From Haliotis rubra (lineage: Eukaryota): a stretch of DNA of 64,000 nt. The stretch is taken from contig NW_025767333.1 in the NCBI RefSeq assembly GCF_003918875.1, forward strand, positions 1-64,000, written 5' to 3'. Below the pieces are notes generated by a model. The model was not told where the DNA came from, did no database searches, and was given only the letters and a program-made list of their open reading frames with translations. A program made the translations under genes and the position numbers. Positions 1-13,429 of this stretch are shown piece after piece. Within the stretch, counting starts at the first letter, position 1. Each line of letters starts with the position of its first letter.

Positions 1-429
1 TGCAAAGCCATATTGCTGGATAAAGAGATCAACATGTGCTTCCATCCATCTGCCCGTCCCCTGTTTTCGAGTAGAACTTCCAAACTGCAGAGTAAATTCA
101 TGATGACACTTATTATAATGAGTTGCGGTGAACCTGCTTCCTTTTGATGATTTGGGATATTTTGTATTCTATAACATTTATGTTTTCACTATGACAAAAA
201 GGTATTTGTATTGTAAATAAGAGTAGAGCAGAACTCCTAATACTTTGAATATTTCAAGATGAAATTTTTAAATTCACTGATCGGTCTTGTGGTGAACAGG
301 TGTCTTTGGATGCTTTGGGTTTTGCAAATACTGAACATTGTTAATTGTGTACCAAAACTTGGAACTATCTAATTACAGACCGCTAAATGTGGGGCAGAAG
401 CAGCCAAACTCCTTTAGTAACTTCTCTGC

Positions 430-815
430 CTCATTCTCTGCCTCACCTATCAGTCTTTCTACAACTCAGGACCTTCCTACCTTCAAGACCTTCTGACACA
501 TTACTTCCAGAAAGAACTCTGCGCCTCATCACAACAACTGTTACTTGCTGTCCTGAGCTACAATCTCAAATCATTTGGCTCAAGAACCTTTTCATAAGCA
601 GCGGCTTCTCTTCTGAACTCTCTCCTATCGAGTTAAAATCATCTCCCCTTCCCCAAGTAGATTCAAACACGACTAAAGACTCATCTATTTCTCCCGCTAC
701 AAGTGACTTCTAATCATCTGTACCTGCCATCTGTATATATTTTTACTTGAGCTCAGGAAGCTTTGAGCATATCCCAGTGACGTGGTAAGGCGCTACATAA
801 ATGTCCTATTATCAT
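430..815 (+). mobile_element. L2-clade LINE 3' fragment (degenerate ORF2 C-terminus plus tail)
   Basis: Frameshifted translation gives GPSYLQDLLTHY..PERTLR...KSFGSRTFS.AA...NSL, typical of the L2/CR1 ORF2 end. It finishes with gctttgagcat...aggcgctacataaatgtcctattatcatt and resembles the copy at 51935-52465. Confidence 0.65.
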
Positions 816-830
816 TTTTTACTGATTTAG

Positions 831-1495
831 ATGTAAAATGCAGCAGAGAGGGTTCATTATTATTAACTTCACCAGATCGGGTGATGTGTCATCTCTTGAT
901 GACTCTTGTTTCAGGCTGCAGAAGCCCTTGCTGCAAGAGTCTCCCATGCTTGATGAGGAACTGCCATGTATGGCCGCGTGCATCGACAGTATGTGAAACA
1001 GAGGCTGATGTCCGCTGTGGTGCTGGCTGTTGATGAGCAAGCAGAAACTGTGATGTCAATGGAATTTGCCAAGGAAGAGAGATCCAAGTAACTGATGTAT
1101 CTGGCAGTGAATCAAGACCTGATGTGTCAAACAGTAATCTGACACCTGGTGTTGCAGGCAGTGAACTGACACCTGATGTGTCAGGGCTGTAGGCCGACAC
1201 CTATGGATTGTGAAATGAATGAAACTGAAAATGTAAACGTTTCAGCGAAAACTCTATTATCCAAGGAGGAGAGTACAGGTTCTTCCATGGCTGAACTAGA
1301 TCATGTTCATTCAGATGCCACCGCCCTTGGCCATGTAGAGACAACTAGAGACAGAAACTTCAGTGTTAGAAGTAGCATCCCATGTGAAATGTAATGGATC
1401 TCAGACAAACGAGGAAGATATGAAGATTGAAGCTGCAAAAGATTCTTGCACAGGATCACCTAGGCCGATGGAACTGTGGTCTTGAAAACACCTTG
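831..1495 (+). CDS. Putative upstream exon of the ankyrin-repeat gene (low-complexity acidic region, frameshifted)
   Basis: Bounded by actgatttAG|831 and 1495|GTAAGC. Coding-like composition (DVSGSESRPDVSNSNLTPGVAGSELTPDVSG; NETENVNVSAKTLLSKEES) but no single open frame. Confidence 0.4.
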
Positions 1496-2658
1496 GTAAG
1501 CCTCTTTTAGTAAAGAATTTTTAGAACACTGAATAAAGATTCTTTTCAATCAGACATAAGTTTGATTGTTTGAATTTAAAGAGTGACATGGTGGGTGCTA
1601 CAGTGTAGGGCAGGAAATGCTTACCACTGACCACTGAACAATCTGGCAGTCAACACTGAGTTTTAGTGATCCATTCAGAACAAATTTCAGAGGACAGTCA
1701 AGACTGGATACACTATACTATAGTCCTTGAGTTTCATATAAATACTTCTCATAACGATAAGTGACTAACTTCACTTTTAACAAAGTTCATGACCAACCTC
1801 AGTGCAACTTGATTGCCATCCCAACTGAACATGTTCTGATACCATTTGTTCCAGATAAATCCCCTTATTACCTCATTCTGGTACCAAACTGGGAATGTAC
1901 TGGCTTGTTCCTGTATAAAATGGGGTTTTTAAAACATACTTTGTCATAAGTAACCCTTCCCTCAGAAAAAAGGTCAACTCTAGTCAATCAGAAAGCAGCT
2001 TTCACATGTAAGCATTATGGATCTTGTTACAAACAGCAACTTTCATTCCAGACTATACTTTGAAAAGTACTTGACAAATGTCTCGTTTCAAAGTAAAACC
2101 TGGACGAAAGAAGATTCTCTAATGTCTAATAAGTACTTTACGAATTTTTCTGGGACTATGGAAAGAATATGTTGTGTCAATTGAATTTTGACAGAATCAG
2201 TGGTAACCTTTTGTAGATCTATGATTAGAAATACATTCCAAATGTCACTTTACAGATCTGGTAAGCAACGCTCTTGATTGGTCTGAGGAAACTTGTTCTG
2301 ACAATAACCCGAATACGATATCCTCCATCATTATTCATCATGTTTAGTGGTAGGGAAGAACTGGGATAGTATTTTCACGAGATTGTTCATGATCTACCAA
2401 CACTGACATGATCTCAAAAGGTTGCCTTAATAAGATAAAAATATATGTCTGTTGAAAAGAAATTACAAATACCAGTAGCTTCTATGAATTCAATTTTTTA
2501 CATTTCTTTAGAGCCCTCAGTTTGTAGTTTGTGACTACCTATTTTCAAACAGGATATGAAAATCTATTTCCTGCTCGGTCCTAAAACTAAATTACCCCAA
2601 TATTGATGTATTGTCGCGGTAATATGATTCACGTTTTTTTAACCATCGTCTATTGCAG

Positions 2659-5600
2659 ATCATGTTTCAACACGGTCACAGTGTGAGGCTTTATTTGAAA
2701 GCCAGAAGCCAAACTTTACAGCTCTGACGCTACTTTGTTTGGAGAAAGGACAATTGATGATGTCAAACCTGGATGATGCAGCAGTAGAGTGCCCTCTACA
2801 GGGGGCACATGAGGTGGTCCTGTCAGTTGACCAGAATTGACGAAATGAGTAAAGATCAGTTTAGCCAGTGCTTACATGGCCTGACTGGGTCATTACTCAC
2901 ATCACAGGATACAGTAGTACAGTTCAGGTATAAAGATACACAATCTCATGTAGAAGCAATCATCAAGGCTGCAGCTGTTGAATATATCTGTGAACTAGAT
3001 CCTTTGTTTATATACAGACACGTGAAGGTGCTCTGGGCGTCTTTGAAGAATGACCCAGGATTTACCATTTACTTGGATAAGAGCAGACAGAAGGATTTGG
3101 CATTACACTTTGCAACAGAGATAGAAAAACACAACTTTGCTTTTACTTTGACTCATCAAGCTTGTGGAAAGCATACTTTTGCTTCAACATTAGTACGATC
3201 CATTGGAATGGGTACCTCAGTACACAGAAATGTAAGAGAACTTTTAAAACGTGTGATAAAACTCATGGTGGTACCTTCCTGAACTGGATATGTTTTGGAA
3301 GAAATGCTGAATTATACAAAGTGCTTTCTGCCACATGACTGAAGAGGAGAGGAAAGAGTGTGTCATACCGTGTTGTGTGAGTGGCAATTCAGAAATACTG
3401 CATCTACTTCTAGAAGATATGGAACTGGATGTAATTCTATCCTTGTCACCCAGCTTACAAGTAGTCTATGGCATTGACATTTGTAAGGGGCAAACTGGAA
3501 TGTCTCCAAACTCATCATCTCTTCCCCCTACATCTCGCCTCCCTATTACGGACATGCAGACATCGTTCAGCTGCTGCTTCAGTATGGATGTGATAAATGC
3601 CCAGCTGGAGCCCCAGCTGGATGAGGCAGGACACGTTGCCGCCAGATCAACACCAGCTGCTGTAGCAGCACACGGAGGACATACAGAAGTATTAAAGTGT
3701 CTGATGGAAAGCAAGGCTGATGTCAATCTGGTCGACTGCAACTTTAACACTCCCTCCACTTAGCTTGTGAAGCCGGCCATAAAAGGAGTGTTTTGATACT
3801 AGCAAAAATGTGTAAGATCTCTCCCAGGAATAAAGATGGAAACACACCTGTTCATCTAGCCTGCCAAGAGGGAAGAATAGATGTTGTTGATATTCTACTT
3901 AAAAGAAATGCAGATCTCACCATACTAAACTTTGACAACTGTTCACCATTACATGTTGTATGTAGTAAAGGTTATTCCAATGTTTTACAGCTATTGCTGG
4001 ATAGAATAGCATATCCATTGCCAGTTGATGGCTCCCAAACTCCCCTTGCATGTAGCATGTCAGAATGGACACTCAGAGATTGTGAGGACACTTTTACAAC
4101 ACGGCGCTGGCAGGTCCGTTTCAGCTGGTAAAACCACACCCCTTGGAATAGCTGTGAGAGAAAGACATACTGGTGGTGTTAAACTGTTGATAGAGAAAGG
4201 GGCTGATGTATCTGCTGATGGTCGTTATGGTGACACACTTCTGTCATGTGCCTGTAAGAATGGTCATATTGATATAGTCAAACTGTTGATAGAGAAAGGG
4301 GCTGATGTATCTGCTGCTGGTGGTTGTGGTTACACACCTCTGTCATGGGCCTGTAGGAATGGTCATATTGATATTGTCAAGCTGTTGATAGAGAAAGGAG
4401 ATGATGTATCTGCTGCTGCTGATTATGGTTTCACACCTCTGTCATGTGCCTGTAAGAATGGTCATATTGATATTGTCAAGCTGTTGATAGAGAAAGGGCT
4501 GGATGTATCTAAGCTGCTGATGATGATGAAGGTTTCACACCTCTGTCATGGGCCTGTGGAAAAGGTCATATTGATATTGTCAAGCTGTTGATAGAGAAAG
4601 GGCTGATGTATCTGCTGCTGATGTTGAAGGTTTCACACCTCCGTCATGTGCCTGTGAGAATGCTCATATTGATATTGTCAAACTGTTGATAGAGAAAGGA
4701 GCTGATGTATCTGCTGCTGATGGTGATGAAGGTTTCACACCTCTGTCATGGGCTTGTAAGAATGGTCATATTGATATTGTCAAACTGTTGATAGAGAAAG
4801 GGTTGCTGTATGTATCTGCCGCTGATGGTAAAGGTGAGCCACACCTCTGTCATGTGCCCGTAGGAGTCGTCATATTGATATAGTCAAACTGTTGATAGAG
4901 AAGCGGCTGATGTATCTGGTGATGGTTATGGTTACACACCTCTGTCATGTGCCTTTAGGAATGGTCATATTGGTATTGTCAAATCTGTTGATAGAGAAAG
5001 GGGCTGATGTATCTGCTGCTGATGATGATGGTTTCACACACCTCTGTCATGTGCCTGTAAGAATGGTCATATTGAAATTGTCAAACTGTTGATAGAGAAA
5101 GGGGCTGATGTATCTGGTGGTGATTGATTATGGTTTCACACCTCTGTCATGGGCCTGTAAGAATGGTAATATTGATATTGTCAAACTGTTGATGATAGAA
5201 AGGGGCTGATGTATCTGCTGCTGATGGTGAGAGGTGACACACCTCTGTCATGTGCCTTTGAGAATGGTCATATTGATATAGTCAAACTGTTGATAGAGAA
5301 AGGGCTGATGTATCTGCTGGTGGTGGTTGGGTGAAGTTTCACACCTCTGTCATGGGCCTGTGAGAATGGTCATATTGATATGATCAAACTGTTGATAGAG
5401 AAAAAGGGCTCATGTATCTGCTGGTGATGGTAATGGTTACACACTTCTGTCATGTGCCTGTAGGAACAGGTCATATTGATATAGTCAAACTGTTGATAGA
5501 GAAAGGGGCTGATGTATCTGGTGATGGTAATGTTTACACACCTCTGTCATGTGCCTGTGAGAATGGCCATATTGATATGAGTCAAACTGTTGATAGAGAA

Positions 5601-8600
5601 AGGCTGATGTATCTGGTGATGGTTGAAGGTGACACACCCTGTCATGTGCCTGTAAGAATGGTCATATTGATATAGTCAAACTGTTGATAGAGAAAGGGGC
5701 TGATGTATCTGCTGTTGGTAGTTTTGGTTACACACCTCTGTCATGGGCCTGTAGGAATGGTCATATTGATATAGTCAAACTGTTGATAGAGAAAGGGGCT
5801 GATGTATCTGCTGTTGGTAGTTTTGGTTACACACCTCTGTCATGGGCCTGTAGGAATGGTCATATTGATATAGTCAAACTGTTGATAGAGAAAGGGGCTG
5901 ATGTATCAAATGGTGGTTATGGTCACACACCTCTGTCATGGGCCTGTGAGAATGATCATATTGATATTGTCAAACTGTTGATAGAGACAGGGCTGATGTA
6001 TCTACTGCTGGTGCGGATGATGATTTCACACCTCTGTCATGGGCCTGTGAGAATGGTCATATTGATATAGTCAAACTGTTGATAGAGAAAGGGGCTGATG
6101 TATCTGATGGTGGTTGTGGTTACACACCTCTCAAGTCATTGGCCCGTGAGGAATGGTCATATTGATATTATCAAACTGTTGATAGAGAAAGGGGCTGATG
6201 TATCTGCTGTTGATGGTGCCGGTGACACACCTGTTGTCAGACTTTTAGGTAATTTGAACACATCGGCAGGTTGGTTTGCCAAAGAAGAAAGAGAAGTTGT
6301 CTCTTTGTTGCTGAAAGAAGTGTTACCTAAACATGTAACATCTTTGTCCGTCTGTTTTCACAGATCATTGATTGATTGGGTCTTTACTTCTGAACGTCAA
6401 GATATAGAAAAAAATGTTTGTGATAGATCTGATCAGAAATTTTTCCCAGGCAAGATATGTCAGTCTTTACTGGAGAAAGCTGTTGTGAAGGGTGATGCGT
6501 ATGGCGTTTGGTTGCTCACAGAATACGCCACGCCAGTGTTCTCTAATGATCTTCTCTTGAGTCTCATGTCAGAAGCTATAGAGAAGCGTCAAATTGCAGT
6601 TTTTCAAATGCTGCACTGCATCCCGCATGTTCATGATACCAGTGACACATTAGTTCAGAAAGCATGTCATTATGGATTGGTAGAAGTCTGTAATGTCCTG
6701 CTAAGATGTGGATCTAATCACTCTGGAGTATGTTTCACCAAAGCACTCAAAGTGAAAAATGTTGTTCTTGCCGAGCTGCTACTTAGCCGTGGTGTGGATG
6801 TCAATGCACGTGATGATGATGACAACACTTCACTGCACTTAGCATGTGAAGTAGGAGAATGTAGTTTAGTAAAGGTCATTGCCAAAAACATTGGTGTGTC
6901 ACTAACCAACAAACGATCGGAAACACCTTTGTTTGTTGCATGTCGTTACGGATATGTCAATGTTGCCAAACTGTTGTTAAGCGTTTTAGGTGCAGACATA
7001 ACAACAAAGGATTTCAGAAATACACCTTTGTTTGTTGCATGTCGTTACAGATATGTCAATGTTGCCAAACTGTTGTTAAGCTTAGGTGCAGACATAACAA
7101 CAAAGGATTTCAATGGAAATACAGTTCTGCACTCTGTGTGTCAGTCTGGACAAGAGAAATTACTTCAGCTGTTTCTTCATTATATTTGGGTGGAAACAGA
7201 CAATGGATATCCTGATCAAGCACAGGAACACTTTTGTAATCGTAGGTATGCTGGTGATGTTCTTCATCTTCTTAACAATGATGACGAAACACCCCTTCAT
7301 GTTGCATGTAGAAATAAACGTGCAGAAGTTGTTAAATTACTGCTTCAGTACAAGGCTTCTGTATTCATGACTGATAAAAACGGACACACATTCCTCTCTA
7401 TCATGCAATGAAACTAAAAACATTATTCAGTGTTCTTTGTTCAGTGACATGGGACATAAATGGGATGGATTCTGACGGAAATACCATTCTGCATATGGCA
7501 TGCATGAAAGGCTGTTTGAAAAGTGTTGATGTACTTTGTAGCAGAGGAGCAAGTGTGGTGGTTTGCAACAAGAATCACGAATATGCACTTCATAAGTCCG
7601 CAGAGAATGGAAATGCAGAAAGTATGAACATTCTTTAGCTCACCAAGCTGATGTAAATGTGATTGACAGGGACAAGCAGACCCCACTACATATTGCATGT
7701 GCTGAGGGCCATTTGAAAATAGTTGAAGTCTTGATTAAAAGTGAAGTCAATGTAAAAGTGTCTGATAAACATTTACTCGTTCCACTGCATCTCGCATGTA
7801 GAGACGGACACAGAGATATTGCTGATGCTTTGATGAAGTCATCAGCGGACATTGAACCATTTTCTGGGAAACGATACACACCGCTAATCTATGCTTGTGA
7901 AGCCGGGCATATTGACTGTGTTGCACTCTTGCTGGAGAATGGTGCTTGTGTCAACGTTGCAGGATTTCGGGGCAATACTCCTTTACACCGAGCATCTGTT
8001 GGGGGTCATGTGAATGTTGTGAAGTTGTTGCTTTCTTGTGGAGCTGACCCAATACGGGAAAATGACAAGGGAAAGCTTCCATTACACCATGCAGTTCTGT
8101 GGGGCCACCTTGCCATTGTTAACATGTTATTAGATAAAACAAGATTGTTCCTTCATAAAATGGAAAATGTCATGTCATTGCTTGAAGGGGCATGTGCAAG
8201 AGGACATGCTGAGATAGTGAAGAGGTTGATCGATTTCATTCCAGGCGGTTCTATGTCATTCCTTCCCATAACTTCTCTTGTCGCAAGTGTCATCCGCGCA
8301 AACCACATTAAACTTTTACCTGTACTATCGGATACAGGGCTGGACATCAAACTGCAAGATGAATTTGGAAGGAACGCATTGCAAATGTTATGTGAAATGG
8401 AGGACTGTGAAATAGACACGTTAGAGAAAGGTTTAAAGTTAGGATTTGATTTATCAAAGACAACTGGACTAGGGGAATCAATGCTTCATGTTGTCTGCAA
8501 AGTAGGAAATATTGAACTGGTGAATTACTTGATTGGTAAAGGAATAGATATCCAGACAAAAGACACCAATGGAGATACAGCTCTCCATGCAGCATGTGCT

Positions 8601-10873
8601 CGTGGTCACTTTGAAATAGCTGAAGTACTGATTGAGAAAGGACTTAGTTTCAATGAAAAGAACACAAGAGCTATGAGTCCACTTGATCTTGCAATCATCA
8701 ATACGCACTATGGAGTAACATGTGTATATGCCCTCTGGTATGTTGTGTCAAAGTGTCGTCCACGAATAAGCATGATATCCCTCCATCACATTTGCCGGGA
8801 CAACAAAATACAGTTACTTTACAATTCTGAGATTGTTTTTGCTGAAAAAGACAGTGATGGAAATTCTGCTCTTCATATTGCCTGTATGGAAGGATCGGAA
8901 GAGATAGTACAGTTATTGATAATAGCAGGAGCCTGGTTGCTTGCATTCAATAATCGTGGGGAGGCACCAGTGCATATTGCTTGCCATGGACCATGTCTTA
9001 AAGCTATGATGGATGCAATTCACAAGAAGATCAAGGTCAAGGTTTTGTCACTGTGTGACAAAAATGGAAATACTCCACTTCACCTTGTAACATGCGAACG
9101 GAATCTAGGAAACTTGTGCATTCTTTTGGATAACAATGTTGATGTTGAAATGGTAAACAGCTTTCATCAAACTGCTCTGCACATTGCCTGCTATGGTGGG
9201 AATGTGAACGTAGTTGAAAAACTCTTAGGAGCTGGAGCTAGTGCTTTAGCTATTGACAAAAGTGGTAATACTCCTCTTCATATAGTATGCAAGGAGGGGA
9301 ATCTACCATTGTTAAAGCTAATAGACAACACAGATGATGTGATTACTTCAAAGAATTATGAAGGAAGAACACCTTTCCACGAAGCAGTCAGCCATGGACA
9401 CTATGACATGATCCATTACATGATGACAGAATACTGTCACTTTTCTGCCATGGATCTGTCCGTGCCGCATCTTCAGCAGTTTATCAGACAGGTGGGCAGA
9501 GAAGACTTCACGAGACTGATGATGGCTGAAGAGATTGATATTGGCTCCCATGGTAACACACCCTTACACATTGCAGCAGAAACAGAGAGCCTTGAAATGG
9601 TGAGAACTTTGATCAGACGAGGGTACAGCTGCGATGCTAGAAATAAGCAAGGAAAGACACCCTTGTATAATGCATGTTCAAGTGGAAGTGCAAACATAGT
9701 AAAACTGATTTTGCAAGAATCGTCATTGTCTAGTGTCAGTGATTCTAACAATATGACACCTTTGCATGTAGCCAGTTGGAAGGGCCACGTGGATGTCGTG
9801 AAGCTTCTGCTGGAATCTGACCCTGATCTCCAGGCAAAAACCAATGACGGACAAACAGCACTTCATTTGTCTTGTCTGGAAGGACACAGGGATGTTGCTG
9901 AAGTTTTATTGAAGGCTGGATCAGATATGAATGCATTAGACAGTGCTCTTGATACACCTCTGCATTTAGCTGCCAGAGCTGGTGTGTGTGATGTCGTGGT
10001 TCTCCAGGCTAAGTGGGGAGCGAGGGACACACAGTGTAACAAGCACGGTGATACTGCTCTTCATGTAGCATGTCATGAAGGACATGCTGATGCTGTCAAA
10101 GCACTTCTCAACATGGGGAGTGATATTCTAGCAACAAACAATTCAGAAAAGACCCCTCTGATGTTAGCCTGTGATCGACAACATGAGTCCATTGTGGAGT
10201 TGTTGCTTCATCGGTCATGGCTGCAAATACAAGTTCAGTGTTCACAGAACCAAAATCAGGGCTTCTTACGGAGGAAAACATTCATGAACAATCTAAACTA
10301 CTGCCTTCTTGTGGCTTGTACGTACAATTACATTAACACAGTGAAACTGTTACTCAAGTATGATGTTGATATTAATCACAGACGTAGTGAGTCCGATATA
10401 GGGAACATATGTAGAGACAGGACTGAGGGCAGCTGTGCAAGTGACATGGACAAGGACAAGATGGAGGGTGGTTGTACAAGACATACGAACAGAGTTCAGA
10501 TGGACAGGGAGGCCGAACTTGATACCCCATTACATAGCTGCTGCTATGAAGGACATTCTGAATGTGTTGAGCTTCTCATACAAGCCGGGGCACTGCTGGA
10601 ACCAAGAACTGCTCGTGGGGACACGCCACTGCATGTGGCTTGCAAACAAGGACAAGCGTGTATTGTGGAAATGCTAATAGTAAATAGGGTCTCGCTATCG
10701 CCTGTGAATTCTGATAACAGTACTCCGCTACACTATGCCAGTGAAGGAGGATATGAAGGCCTTGTGTCGAGACTGTTGGAAGCAGGTGCAGATGCTGACG
10801 TCAGAGACGTTCACGGGAAATCCCCACTTGAAGTATGCAGCAGCCAAGGGGTGAAAAACATCCTCCATAAAAG
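2659..10873 (+). CDS. Giant ankyrin-repeat protein, main ~8.2 kb exon (many frameshifts: pseudogene or consensus errors)
   Basis: Acceptor tattgcAG|2659 and donor 10873|GTAAGT. Consecutive ORFs from 3335 to 10877 carry dozens of ankyrin motifs (G-x-T-P-L-H-x-A-C-x-x-G-H-x-x-I-V-x-x-L-L); the last ORF, 7659-10877, is 1072 aa uninterrupted. Confidence 0.9.
4180..6230 (+). repeat. Coding tandem repeat, ~96-102 bp unit (one ankyrin repeat per unit), about 21 copies
   Basis: Unit aaactgttgatagagaaaggggctgatgtatctgct...acacctctgtcatg(g/t)gcctgt..gaatggtcatattgatat.gtc encodes KLLIEKGADVSA-xxx-G-x-TPLS(W/C)AC(K/R/E)NGHIDIV. Confidence 0.95.
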
Positions 10874-10879
10874 GTAAGT

Positions 10880-10997
10880 GGGTTGTTGGTTTGTTGTTTA
10901 ACGCCGCACTCAGCAATATTCCAGCTATATGGCGGCGGTCTGTAAATAATCGGGTCTGGACAAGACAACCCAGTGATCAACAGCATGAGCATCGTTC
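10880..10997 (-). mobile_element. SINE-like repeat family A, partial (3' part)
   Basis: Reverse complement of the 3' half of the copy at 61049-61297 (gctggaatattgctgagtgcggcgttaaac tail). Confidence 0.85.
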
Positions 10998-11459
10998 TAC
11001 CTTAAAAAGTAAAAAGACAATGATGCAAAAAAATGCTACTGTTAGTAATAATATAATGTTGCATATTTATTTCGCCATTCAAATTCTTTAAACTCTCTTC
11101 ATGATTACTTGAAATATTATTTACCAGAAATATTATGAGTCTTTTAGTAGTAGTATCCTGTTTAAACGATTTACAATAACCAGCTCTAGAATTCTTCAGT
11201 ATGTGTTATAGGGAGAGGATATGATGTATGAAAAGTATTTTCTGAAACTGCTATAACGCTAGGATGCGCAGAGCATTATGTGAAACAGCACTGCAAATAC
11301 CTCATTCATGTTTAAATGTTCAGCCATAGCTGGTCACCATTACTTTCTGTGATCATCAGTAAGAGGTGAATTGATGGATCCAGTGGTCAGACTTGGTGAC
11401 GTGGTTGTTTGTTGATTGTTGCTCATGATATCAATCACTAGATTATCTTGTCCAGATAA

Positions 11460-11496
11460 TATATCTACAGGCTGAATATCTATCTAATTCTCTCTC

Positions 11497-11537
<41 letters not shown>

Positions 11538-11880
11538 ATCTAACTCTATCTATCTAACTCTCTCTCTTTATCTATCTATTTATATCTATCTATATATCTC
11601 TATCGATCTAACTCTCTTTCTATCTGTCTTTATCTCTATCTCTATCTAACTCTCTCTATCTAATCTACCTTCCTACCTATCTATATATCTATATCTGTCT
11701 CTTTCTATCTATCAATTTATATATCTATCTAACTCTCTCTCTATCTATCTATATATATATCTAACTATATATCTATCTCTATATCTCACTATCTATCTAT
11801 CTCTATCGATCTATCTATCGAACTCTCTCTATCCTACCTACCTACCTACCTATCTATCTATCTATCTATCTATCTATCTC
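11460..11880. repeat. Compound (TC)n/(TATC)n microsatellite
   Basis: Directly visible. Confidence 0.95.
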
Positions 11881-11959
11881 CAAACAAGAAGGAGTCATTC
11901 AATGTGTATGATGACTTCAAGTGTCTACGTTATGCTTATACGACATGTTATTTCCACAG

Positions 11960-12035
11960 GTATGGAAGAAAAAGAATTCAGGAAAGTTCACAGGAAGCTG
12001 AGGCTACCCCACTCAAAGTACCACGACACCAATGA
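11960..12035 (+). CDS. Terminal coding exon of the ankyrin-repeat gene
   Basis: Acceptor tttccacAG|11960 is phase-compatible with the donor at 10873 (AG+G=Arg). Reads RYGRKRIQESSQEAEATPLKVPRHQ-TGA. Confidence 0.65.
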
Positions 12036-12601
12036 AGGATCTAACTAGCTGAGGCTACCCCACTCAAAGTACCATGACACCAATGAAGGATCTAACTAGC
12101 TGAGGCTACCCCACTCAAAGTACCACGACACCAACAAAGGATCTAACTAGCTGAGGCTACCCCACTCAAGTACCACGACACCAATGAAGGATCTAACTAG
12201 CTGAGGCTACCCCACTCAAAGTACCACGACACCAACGAAGGATCTAACTAGCTGAGGCAACCCCACTCAAAGTACCATGACACCAACGAAGGATCTAACG
12301 AGCTGAGGCTACCCCACCCAAAGTACCACGACACCAATGAAGGATCTAACTAGCTGAGGCTACCCCACTCAAAGTACCATGACACCAATGAAGGATCTAA
12401 CTAGCTGAGGCTACCCCACTCAAAGTACCACGACACCAATGAAGGATCTAACTAGCTGAGGCTACCCCACTCAAAGTACCACGACACCAACAAAGGATCT
12501 AACTAGCTGAGGCTACCCCACTCAAAGTACCACGACACCAATGAAGGATCTAACTAGCTGAGGCTACCCCACTCAAAGTACCACGACACCAATGAAGGAT
12601 T
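11996..12601 (+). repeat. 51-bp tandem repeat, ~12 copies, overlapping the ankyrin stop codon
   Basis: Unit agctgaggctaccccactcaaagtaccacgacaccaatgaaggatctaact. Confidence 0.95.
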
Positions 12602-13429
12602 TGACTGGATTATGAGTAACCTATGAAAAAGATGAGACGTTTTCGTCTCTGCTGACACACACACACCTGGTAGAGAGTGAGTTAAATCTCAACTGGGTTG
12701 TTCCTGGATGCCTGACACTCCTGGTACATCATCTGTTAATTATGCAGATAAATGGATTATTCACATCATATGACAACTAACTGCATGTATATATTCAGTG
12801 TACATATCTAAACAGTGGGCACTAGTGGGACGTTAGTTTTGTGATCCAGTTGTACAGTGCTGATAAACTGAAATGTACATAGACTGTACACCATATCTGT
12901 CAACTCAGGAATGATAGTAGCACCTGTACTGAAACCTGAAGTCTGCATGACAATCCATATTTAAATGTGTATATTAATGGTGTTCAAATACAGAAAACAG
13001 CATTGTAGAAGGTGTATATACTTGTCTAGTAACTATCAGAAAGAAATCGGTCCACCAAGTTTTATATTACATTGACCACCTGCACCCCATGAGTGACCTC
13101 ATTTTGAACTATACTGATGGAAACAAATAAGGGAACACCACTTCATGGTAATGTTCCTTTATATATTTCTTAGATTTCCTCCCATGATCATTTGGTATTT
13201 GGGAGCTAGGGCTTTATAAAAAAAGGAAGTAAATGTTCACAGAAAGTGTTTGAAAAAATAATTATTGTTCACAATATCGACTAAAAATAACATCATATCT
13301 GCCACAAAAATTACATTTTTGAAAGGCTGTTATTTTTTCATAAAAAGTCCAACAACATTAAGGCTGGTAGTTCAGTTGGAAATACAAGTAGATTCAAACT
13401 ATCCAGCTTGCATAAAAACTTCAATCCGA

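Noticed and set aside
2256-2260. Possible 5-nt micro-exon (tttacAG|ATCTG|GTAAGC) of the ankyrin gene
   Set aside because: Cannot be supported without transcripts, and the frames of the flanking exons are uncertain.
11996-12601. Regular array superficially like a CRISPR
   Set aside because: Head-to-tail units without unique spacers, no cas genes, eukaryotic context. The same applies to the other arrays.
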